NCBI RefSeq assembly: GCF_028641065.1
Contig: NC_073391.1
Span: forward strand, 45,012,001-45,076,000
DNA from: Leucoraja erinacea
Lineage: Eukaryota
Reading direction: 5' to 3'
Length of the DNA: 64,000 bases
Positions within the stretch are counted from its first letter, which is position 1. Each line of letters begins with the position of its first letter. A model generated the notes under the pieces. It made no database searches. It had not been told where the DNA came from and was given only the letters and a program-made list of their open reading frames with translations. The position numbers and the translations under genes are program-made. Positions 51,587-61,881 of this stretch are shown here, piece after piece.

Positions 51587-52491
51587 TTAATTTGGTGGCG
51601 ATTGTAATCCTGTCCCGGGGAAAGTGCGGTCTCTCCAGATGCATCAGTCGGTACCTGGTGTCCATGGCGGTGACGGATCTACTGGTCGTTATCACCGCTG
51701 TCATCTTCAACCGGATTATTGGCATTTATTTCCCATTTAGTTTTATGTCCTTAACCCCAGCTTGTACTCTCAGCACTGTTGCAATTTATGCAGCCACCGA
51801 GAGTTCTGTCTGGCTGACGGTCGCTTTCACCTTTGATCGGTTCGTTGCCATTTGTTGCCCGAAGCTGAACAGCATATACTGCACCGAGAGAACGGCGGCG
51901 ATTGTCATTGGGACAATCTGTGTGTTGAGCTGCCTCAAAAGCGTCCCCTGGTACTTTATTTACGAACCCCAGTACATAGTTGACAATAAACCCTGGTTTT
52001 GTAGCGTAAAACCCAGTTACAACACCATAGGATGGACTGTGTATGATTGGTTTGCGCGCATTTTAAACCCTGGGCTCCCGTTCGTCCTGATACTACTATT
52101 GAACGCGCTGACGGTCAGACACATCCTAGTCGCCAGCAGAGCGCGCGCGAGACTCATGTCCCAGAATCAGGGAGATAAGCAGAGCGACGCAGAGATGGAA
52201 AGCCGGAGGAAGTCCATCATTTTACTCTTCGCCATCTCGGGCAGCTTCATCCTGTTGTGGATGACGTACGTGGTTGATTTCCTCTACGTTCAGTTTTCAA
52301 AGGAACCCTATTTCAGTGGTTCCAACTTCAACGACCCAAGGTTCATTCGCCAGGAAAGTGGAAACATGCTGCAGCTGTTGAGTTCATGCACCAACACCTG
52401 CATTTATGTAGTGACCCAGCGTAAATTCCGGGAGGAGATAAAGAATGCGGTGCTATTTCTTTGCCATGCATTTGCTTCGTTAAAAAGATAG
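51587..52491 (+). CDS. GPR139-like: GPR139/142-like GPCR gene D, exon 2 (324 aa with exon 1)
   Basis: Acceptor CTCTCTCACAG| at 51586; intact 7TM ORF most similar to A and B. Confidence 0.92.
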
Positions 52492-52756
52492 CATCAGCTC
52501 CCTCTAGTGGTCCAGATTAAGTTAACAGAGAGGATTTGAAGAATGTAGTTCGTTCCTTTGGAATGCGATTGCTTCATTAGTAAGATGAAGGCTTCAATTA
52601 ATGTTTTGATGAAAAGTTGTTATCTTTCCTTCATTCCACCCGACATTATGTAACAAGGGTTGGTCTTTAGCGATAAATAGGCGGCCAGCAGCCAGCCGGC
52701 GTCTCTCAACGCGTGTGATTCTCTTTTCATTAAATACGGGGGTTCGTGCTGTCTTA

Positions 52757-52977
52757 TGCCCCTGTCCCACTTAGGAAACCTGAACGGAAACATCTGGAGA
52801 CTTTGCGCCCCACCCAAGGTTTCCGTGCGGTTCCCGGAGGTTGCAGGTAGTTGCCGGAGCAGGTAGGGAGACTGACAAAAAAACCTCGGGGAACCTCCGG
52901 GAACCGCACGGAAACCCTGGGTAGGGCGCAAAGTCTCCAGAGGTTTCCGTTCAGGTTTCCTAAGTGGGACAGGGACA
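52757..52977. mobile_element. PIF/Harbinger-type MITE, TTA TSD confirmed by an empty paralogous site
   Basis: Empty site GTGCTGTCTTA|CCGAGCG at about 57585-57602. Confidence 0.9.
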
Positions 52978-53160
52978 TTACTGAGCGCACAATGGCATCG
53001 CTGGGGGAACCGCTGCCTCACGGCGCCAGACACCCCGATTCGGTCCAGAACATCGCACATTCTCGCTTGTGACTTTCCTCTGTTTGCTCCGGTTTTCTCC
53101 CACATTGCAAATATTCGAGGGTTTGCAGGTTAATTGGCTTTCGTATAATTCCCCTAATGT

Positions 53161-54417
53161 TTAAGAAGGAACTGCAGATGCTGGAAAATCGAAGGTAGAC
53201 AAAATATGCTGGAGAAACTCAACGGGTGAGGCAGCATCAATGGAGCGAAGGAAATAGGCAACGTTTTGGGTCGAAACCCTTCTTCAGACTGATGTGAGGG
53301 TGGTGGGGGGTGGGGGACGGGAAGAATAAAGGAAGAGGAGGAGCCAGTGGGCTGAGGGAAGGCTAAGAAGGGGTGGAGAAAGTAGGGACTATCTGAAATT
53401 AGAGAAGTCAATGTTCATAACGCTGGGGTGCAAACTGCCCAAGCAAAATATGAGGTGCTGCTCCTCCAATTTACGGTGGTCGTCACTCTGGCCATTGAGG
53501 AGGCCCGGAACAGAAAGGTCGGATTCGGAATGGGAGGGGGAGTTGAACTGCTGAGCCACCGGGAGATCAGGTTGGTTATTGCGAACCGAGCGGAGGTGTT
53601 CGGCGAAGCGATCGCCAAGCCTAAGCTTGGTCTCACCGATGTAGAGCAACTGCAATCTAGATCAGCGGATGCAATCGATGAGGTTGGAGGAGGTGCAGGT
53701 GAACCTCTGCTGCACCTGGAACGACTGCTTGGGTCCTTGGATGGAGTCAAGGGGGGAGGTAAAACGACAAGTGTAGCATTTCTTACGGTTGCAAGGGAGA
53801 GTGCCCGGGGAGGTGGTGGTTCGGGTGGGAAGGGACGAATTGACCAGGGAGTTACGGAGGGAGCGGTCTCTGCGGATAGCAGACACGTGGTGGGAATCCG
53901 TTGGAGGTGGCGAAACTGACGGAGGATTACTTGTTGTATGTGACGGCTGGTAGGGTGGAAGGTGAGGACAAGGGGGACTCTGCCCTTGTTATGAGTGGGG
54001 GGGTGGGAGTGAGAGCAGAGTCGCAGGGTATAGAAGAGACCCTGGTGAGAGCCTCATCTATAGTAGAAGAGGGCAACCCCCTTTCCATGAAGAATGAGGA
54101 CATCTCCGATGCCCTGCTGTGGAACACCTCATCCTGGGTGCAGATGCGGCGCAGACGGAAGAATTAGGAGTATTGGATGGAGTCCTTACAGGAAGCATGG
54201 TGGGAAGAAGTGTAGTCCAGATAGCCATGGGAGCCAGTGGGTTTATAGTGGATGTCGGTCAGTAGTCTATCGCTTGCGATGGAGATAGTGAGGTCAAGAA
54301 ATGGTAGGGAAATGTCGGAAATGGTCCAGGTGTATTTGAGTCCCGGATGGAAGTTAGTGGTGAAATGGATGAAGTCAGTGAGCTGCAGGAGGTAGCACCA
54401 AGGCAGTCGTCGGGATT
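53161..54417 (-). mobile_element. Penelope-like retroelement fragment (RT C-terminus, GIY-YIG endonuclease, terminal repeat)
   Basis: LPFLDLTI..TDIHYKPT..YLDYTSSH; LLYIGETKLRLGDRFAEHL; flanked by CCCTAATGT; inserted in an HE1-like SINE that is intact at about 57595-57880. Confidence 0.88.
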
Positions 54418-55179
54418 TCCCTAATGTGGCGGGAGTGGATAAGTGGGTTAACACAGAACAAGAGTGAACGGATGGTCGATGGTTGGCATGGACTCGGTGG
54501 GCCGAAGCGCCCGTTTTCATGCTATATATGGAAAATAAATTAAACAAAACATCATACGTAACAAAACGATTGGTCCGCTGGCGATCGCTTGTGTTCCCCA
54601 TTCGTGGTCCAAAGCCGCACCCTTCTTGCGTTAGTGGGAGATAAAATAAAGCGAGAAATATGAGCGGCAGCGGTAAGTCATGCACACCATCGAGGTCGCT
54701 CTGTCATTCGAGCATATCATAGCTGACCCATAAGATGTCACGCCCTATTTACACTTTGCACAACTTCCCCCATTCCCCAAACCATGTTCAGCTCTGCTTT
54801 GAATCCATCACTGTCCAATGTAAACAATTCAAAAAGCAGTTTTTAAACATATTCCCAATCAGATTTTGCCCAGGAACGGAAAAGACGGCAAAAGGTTATA
54901 AACACTGCCCAGTCCATCATCAGCTCTGACCCCCCTCCTATCGAGGGGATCTGACGCAGTCGCTGCCTCAAAAAGGCTGCCAGCATCATCAAGGACCCAC
55001 ACCATCCTGGCCACACACTCATCTCCCCGCTGCCTTCAGGTAGAAGCTACAGGAGCCTGAAATCTGCACCATCCAGGTTCAGGAATAGCTGCTTCCCCAC
55101 AGCCATCAGGCTATTAAACTTAACTTAAACAAAACTCTGAACATTAATAGCCCATTGCACTTTACCTGCTTATTTATGT

Positions 55180-55184
55180 GTGTG

Positions 55185-55252
<68 letters not shown>
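55180..55252 (+). repeat. (TA)n microsatellite in the tail of a Rex1/Babar fragment (54875-55390)
   Basis: Direct inspection. Confidence 0.9.
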
Positions 55253-55256
<4 letters not shown>

Positions 55257-57594
55257 TTGGTATATGGTCACACTGCTCTGTTCTGGATTTATTTGTGCCC
55301 ACTATATTCTGTTGTGCTGAAGCAAAGCAAGAATTTCATTGTCCTATCTGGGACACGTGACAATAAACTCTCTTGAATCTTGAATCTTGACCTTGTGTCC
55401 AACAAGCGATTTCTCCACCTGAGTCGATTCCCAGCATTATAAACATCTTGGGAATTTGGTTATTGTTAAGCCTCCTATGTGTTTCATGCTTTACATTGAG
55501 ACAATGTCCCCCCTGCAGACTTCAGGCAATATCGTGCGGTTCATTTCAATATTTAGTGGAACGAGATCAATCTTTCACTGATACTTCGTTGAACGAAAGT
55601 TCATCAGCGTAATATTAATTCATTAATCTTAAAGTCGGAAAACTCAAGGGTTTCAAGTACAATTGTCAAGTGCATTCCTTCCCATTTTAATTGATCAGTC
55701 AGAAAAAGATTGTAATTGTCTGAATTGACAATGGCGTACGATATGATCAAATTAACGTTGGGTGTTCAGGGCAAATCGGCAGATCTGTTTCTCCCGTCTG
55801 ATATCACATTTCCTCCTTGATAATAGCGCCAAAACCTGGCGAGTTGTGTATATTGTTTCAGTGGACTATTTCTGTACAGTTTGTACTTAATATAGGATTG
55901 AGCTATGTGTAATATATTTTGCTGAACTGTATGCCAAAAGAAGAATTTCACTGTACCTCGGTACATGTGACAATAAAGAACCATTTAACCGTGTTTCCCT
56001 CATTCATCTGGATCCAATAATCAATCGAAAGGAGACCGAGTGTCCCTAAACGTTAAGCACAGATTAATAAATTATGGACACAGAACCGTTGATAATAAAG
56101 ATGACTTTCTCCATCTATCTCATCTTCACCCACCTCATCCTGGAACACGTGTCTCTGTTTTGTTTGTTGTGTCAGGGTTGCACTTTTTCGACTTTATTGC
56201 TTTTCACCAACCGTGCTCCGCAACAGCATTGGCGCATTTCACTCGATAAATAACATCGGGAAACTGCACATTTCACATTTCACCACCTCACAAAACACAA
56301 TAAAATATCAGGAGCGATGGCCCCCAGACCCCACGATGTCAAGGTATTAACCACGATCTCCCATGGTCTATCTTCGTCTCAAGTCCCTCTTTGTGCCAGT
56401 TCCCCATAATGCTCGGCTCTTTGATTTATCTATCTCCACCTCAAATGTATCTAATGAACCATCCTCCAGACCAGAGAACGTCAAAGATTAATTACCCTCT
56501 GAGAAAATACATATCTGAGAACTCAGCGTTAAATGGTCGCCTTCTCATTATGAAACCGTGTCCTCTTGTTTGTAACTTTCCCACAAGTGAAAACATCCAA
56601 GTAACCAAACACTTCTTGTCTAAACATATCCGTTTAGCCTTTAGTATCTCATATGTTTAAATAAGTTGAGCTTTCATTCTACTCAACTCCAAGGGTTACT
56701 GATCCCAAACTCTCTTGCCTCTCTTGGTAGAACAGTTCTCCAATCCCAGGAGAAAGCCTGGTAATCGTTGTTGGACTTCGTCCAATGCTACTGTGACCTG
56801 TTTGGGGTAAGGGGACCAAACCTGTACGCAAAATTCGAGATGTGGCCTCGCCAACTGTAACAAAAACCTGTAACAAACATAAGTGTGACAAAGTCACAGA
56901 CTCCACAGTCAAAAAGGTCCAACAGAGAATGTACATTCTGCCACAAGCAATGATAATAATAACAATAAACTTTATTCCGGAATCGAGGTCCAGACAAGGG
57001 GACATTACATAAAAATGCATTGCATATTAAAACATATCATAATGTACATATAAAATCTTAGTATATCACTTATAAAAACATAATAAATTATATATATATT
57101 TAAAAACAATACACGAATTAAAAATCCAGATTTAAAAAATGATGGTCCAATTTTATATTGCCATCATAGAACTTGTCCTCACCTTCGCCATCATGGACTG
57201 GTTTGGCTCAGCCACCAAGCACGGCATCCGGAGGCTGCAGCGCATCGTTCGATCAGCCGAGAAGATTGTTGGCTGCATCCTTCCCCCTATCGAAGAACTG
57301 TACACTGCAAGGGCCAGGAAGCGAGCGGGTATGGTAATCTCTGACCCATCTCATCCTGGTCACATACTCTTTGAAGCACTTTGTGTACCTTCGAATTTCC
57401 AGCATCTGCAGTTCCTTCTTAAAAACTGAGGAATGTAGTTCGTTTCCTTGGAATGTGATTAGTAAGATGAAGGCTTCAGTTAATGTTTTGATGAAAAGCT
57501 GTTATCTTTCGATAAATGGGCGGCCCGCAGCCAGCCGGCGTCTCTCAACTCGTGTGATTCGCTTTTCATTAAATACGGGAATTGGTGCTGTCTT

Positions 57595-57880
57595 ACCGAG
57601 CGGCACAGTGGCATCGCTGGGGGAACCGCTGCCTCACAGCGCCAGAAACCCCGATTCGGCCCTGAACATTGCACATTCTCGCTAGTGACTTTCCTCCGAA
57701 TGCTCCGGTTTCCTCCCACATTGCAAAGATGTGAGGGTTTGCAGGTTAATTGCCCTTTGCAAACAGAAAGTTCCCCTAATGTTTCGGGAGTGAAAAGGTG
57801 GGGTACCACAGAACAAGAGCGAACGGACGATCGATGGGTGGCATGGACTCGGTGGGCCGAAGCGCCCGTTTCCATGCTAT
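57595..57880 (+). mobile_element. HE1/V-SINE-like element
   Basis: tRNA-like head GGCACAGTGGC..GCTGCCTCACAGCGCCAGA and V-domain CTCCGGTTTCCTCCCACA. Confidence 0.6.
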
Positions 57881-59369
57881 ATGTGGGGGGGGGGGGGGGG
57901 GGGGGAAACAAAATATCATACATCTGAGCACGTAAAAAAACGATTGGTCCTCTGGCGATCGCTTATGTTCCTCGTGCGTGCTCCAAAGCCGCAACCTTCT
58001 CGTGTTAGTGGGAGATCGATCAATCAATCAGATTTATTCATCACATACACGATAGAGTGCAGTGAAATGAATTTGCCAGCAACGGTACAATCAAAAAGAA
58101 CAGACAATACACAATAAGAATTGAACACAAACATCCACCACAGCGTTCTTCACTGTGGTGGAAGACACAAATTACAGTCACTCCTCCTCCATTGTCCCTC
58201 CGTGATCGGGGCGATAAACTTCCGCAGTCGCCGCTGCGGGCGGCCAGATGTACAGGCCCACTCGTCTGGAAGGTCAGTCCCGAATAGATAAAATAAAGCG
58301 CGAAATATGAGCGGCAGCGGTAAGCCATGCACACCATCGAGGCCGCTCTGTCATTCGAGCATATCATGGCTGACCCATAAGATGTCACGCCCTATTTCCA
58401 CTTTGCTCAACTTCCTCCATTCCCCCATGCTCAGCTCTGCTTCGAATACCTCAGTGCCTCACGATCCCACACTGTCCAATGTAAATATTTCAAAAAGCAA
58501 TTTTTAAATATATTCTCAAGCAAATTGTGTCTATCAAACAATTTATCCACCTGTCGGTGCCCTGAATTATAAACATCATGGGAATTTGGTTATTGTTACG
58601 CCTTCTATGAGTTTCATGCTTTGCATTGAGACAATGTCCCTCCTGTAGACTTCAGGTTCATTTCAATGCGGTTCATTTCAATATTAAGTGGAACGAGATC
58701 AACCTTTCACTGATACTTCGTTGAACGAAAGTTCATCAGCGTAATGTAAACTCATTAATCTTAAAGTCAGAAAACTCAAGGTTTTCAAGTACAATTGTCA
58801 AGTGCATTCCTTCCCATTTTATTTGATCAGTCAGAAAAATATTTTAATTGACTGAATTGACAATGGCGTAATATATGATCTAATTAACGTTGGGTGTTCA
58901 GAGCAAATCGGAGGTCTGTTTCTCCCGCCTGATATCACATTTGATCAGCATTCACGGGTCAAACAATCATGGAATCAAGGATTCGTTCAATTACCAGACC
59001 TGAGATGGACACCATTCAGTTCGCGTTGCCCACTGAGTTTTTGAAATCGAACAATGCAGTCTGGCCAATTTCCGTGCTGTTTCTGCAAACATATACAAAT
59101 GATTCCCGATGAAGTGTCATAGCAATTTTTTTTTTTATATTGCATGATTATACTCCATCCGTGCCATAGCCAATTATATCAGGGTCCTAATTATACTCGT
59201 TTCTATCAAATCTTGGCATTGTCTGCGATGCAAAGTCTGCACTGCCCGGGCATGGTGAACGGATGTTCTTCTATACCCGTCAAGTACAGTTTTGCCCAAT
59301 GTCCTCTCAACCACCTTAGCTCCAGAAAGTATACGGCCCAACATACCTCATGTTCATCGTCCCTGAAAC

Positions 59370-60330
59370 TATGCAAGCAACTGACGCGGACGGAGTCTCT
59401 GGCCGCGTCCTGAAGAACTGTGCGGACCAATTGTCGGGCCTGTTCACGGACATGTTTAATCTCTTCATACTCCGTTCTGAGGTACCCACCTGCTTCCAGA
59501 ATGCCACCGTCACCCCGATGCGAAGGAAAACGTAATAAGTCGTAATGCCTTATTGAGTGCAGTCCAGTGGCCTTGACATCCACCGTTCACCTGAAGCTCA
59601 GTGCTCGTTAGACGGTGGAATTAATTGTGAACTTTCGGAGAGCTCCCCTCCGCACCCCCCACTCACCATGAACAACACAATAACCACATCTGTGGAGTCA
59701 TTTAAGTTCCTTGGAACCATCATCTCCAGTGACTTTCAATGGGAGGCCATCATCGACCCCACAGTCAAAAAGGCCCAACAGAGGATGTATGTCCTGTGGC
59801 AGCTGAGAAAACACAATCTGCCACAGGCAATGATATTCCAATTTATACTGCAATCATAGAGTCTGTCCTCCCCTTCTCCATCATGGTCTGGTTTGGCTCA
59901 GCCACAAAGCATGACATCCGGAGGCTGCAGGGCATCTTCCGATCAGCCGAGACGGTTGTCGGTTGCAATCTTCCCCCCATCGAGGAACTGTACACTGCAA
60001 GGGCCAGGAAGCGAGCGGGTAATGTTATCTCTGACCCCTCTCACCCTGGCCACAAACTCTTTGAAGCACTTCCCTCTGGAAGGCGACTCCGGACTGTCAC
60101 AGCCAGACATAAAACAGTTGTTTTTCCATGAGCAGTAGCGCTACTCAACGGGCAAATGTCTAGAGCCTCCTTTTGCTCTGATATTTTATTTCATTCTTAT
60201 CATGTTTAATTTATAATGGGTTTTTATAGTCTACTGTATCGTGTTGTTACTTGCGCGCAAAGAACCGAGGCAAATTCCGTGTATGTATACATACTTGGCT
60301 AATAAAATCTATTCAATTCAATTCAATTCA
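59370..60330 (+). mobile_element. Rex1/Babar LINE fragment
   Basis: DGVSGRVLKNCADQL, FKFLGT, KKAQQRMY, LPSGRRLR and an (ATTCA)n tail. Confidence 0.85.
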
Positions 60331-61040
60331 ATTCAATTAACTTCTTTGAGAGGCTAGTTATGGAATACATTAAATCCAGCCTACCAAGCAACTTTTGAGA
60401 AGGTTCCGCTCCTTCAACTTCTACCAATCGGTGGTAGCCAGTGCCATCTTCTTCGCTGCCGTGTGCTGGGGCACTAGGGCGAAGGCTGCGGACGCCAATA
60501 GGATCAACAAACTCATCAGAAAGACTGGCTCCGTCCTGAGGGCGGAGTTGGATCCATGGGAGGTGGTCTTGGAGGGGGGGATGCTCCTCAAACTGCGGCA
60601 TATCATGGACAATACATCCCCTGCATGACATACTGGTCAACCTGAGGAGTTCGTTCTCTATAAAATAATCCGGTGTGCGGGGCGAGCGGGGGATGGGGGT
60701 TTTTGTGCGTTCCAAGGAATGGAGCCCCAACCTACTCGACCTCTGCCTACAGCTTAGACCCTCTAGTCCTGGCAACATCTTCGTAAATATCTGTACCCCT
60801 TCCAGTTTGTCAACATCGTTCCTATAACACGGTACCCAAAACTGAACACAACACCCTAAATGTGGTCTCACCAACGTCTTATACAACTGCAACGTGACCT
60901 CTCAACTTCTATACTCAATACTCTGTCTGATGAAGGCCAATGTGCTTTAATGTATTGACAGTTTAAAACGACAGTCGGCATGCAATATTGTTGGTGTGTA
61001 ATTTGTATGGCATTTAAACCATATTTGGTAATAACCATAG

Positions 61041-61519
61041 TGTTTAAGAAGGAACTGCAGATGCTGGAAAATCGAAGGTACACAAAAATGCTGGAGAAAC
61101 TCAGCGGGTGCAGCAGCATCTATGGAGCGAAGGAAATAGGCAACGATTCGGGCCGAAACGGGCTGAAGGGTTTCGGCCCGAAACGTTGCTTATTTCATTC
61201 GCTCCATAGATGCTGCTGCACCCGCTGAGTTTCTCTAGCATTTTTGTGTACCTTGTCCTATCCATGTGCCTGTCAAACTGGTTCTGAACCATTGGGATAG
61301 TCCCAGCCTCAACTAACTCATCTGGCTGCTGGTTCCATACACCCACCACCCTTTGTTTTAAAAAAAGTGACCCCTCAGATTCCCATTAAGAAAGGGAAAA
61401 GGTTCTCACCTCCACCCCCCATCAGTCTGAAGAAGGGCTTCGGCCCGAAACGTTGCCTATTTCCTTCGCTCCATAGATGCTGCTACACCCGCTGAGTTTC
61501 TCCAGCATTGTTGTGCACC
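61041..61519. mobile_element. Composite Penelope-derived element (fold-back, CR1 piece, extra terminal repeat) with 17-bp TSD
   Basis: TTTGGTAATAACCATAG at 61024-61040 and 61520-61536. Confidence 0.7.
61423..61458 (+). ncRNA. Minimal hammerhead ribozyme-like motif (Penelope type)
   Basis: CTGAAGA-A-GGGC-TTCG-GCCC-GAAA-CGTT: both core boxes, a UUCG-capped stem II and a palindromic AACGTT stem III; stem I pairing is weak. Confidence 0.5.
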
Positions 61520-61737
61520 TTTGGTAATAACCATAGGTGTCCGTGTTTCAAGGCCACAGAATTTTGTTTTACGATTTTCGATCATCCCGTTGTGTAAATC
61601 CTACGGCGAATCAAAAAAAGCGAATCTGTTTGTTAATTGCGTCAACGGTGATGTAATCTGAACATATTTGTTCGGTGGGTGGAACTAATGTTCAATTGTT
61701 GTTGAGTCGAATTGACTTCATTAGGATTTGCAATCGG

Positions 61738-61745
61738 TATAATAA
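61738..61745 (+). promoter_or_regulatory. TATA-like box in the conserved subfamily II promoter
   Basis: TATAATAAGGGA is shared with the gene C upstream region (41164-41171, - strand). Confidence 0.5.
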
Positions 61746-61811
61746 GGGATCCATTGGAACATTTAGTCTTATGCGTGGAATCACGAAACAAACATCTCTG
61801 CGACAAAGACC

Positions 61812-61881
61812 ATGCACGCCCCGCCCACCGGATTATCTTATACCATCTATTACACTGCACTTGCCGTCATCGCTGTTCCAG
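61812..61881 (+). CDS. GPR139-like: GPCR gene E exon 1 (MHAPPTGLSYTIYYTALAVIAVP); exon 2 not in the window
   Basis: 70 nt; 21 of 23 aa identical to gene C exon 1; G|GTAAAG donor. Confidence 0.82.

Larger units (their letters stand above)
52540..55810 (+). repeat. Gene D 3' flank, older duplicate of 57431-58940
   Basis: Collinear blocks 52540-52755, 52980-53160, 54420-54860 and 55390-55810 recur at 57431-58940. Confidence 0.85.

Noticed and set aside
56768-56835. J-segment look-alike: TACTGTG followed by a WGKGTKP reading
   Set aside because: It lies in a decayed minus-strand CR1 (matches GGAGACCAAAACTGTACGCAATACTCCAGGTGTGG), has no proper nonamer and has no splice donor.
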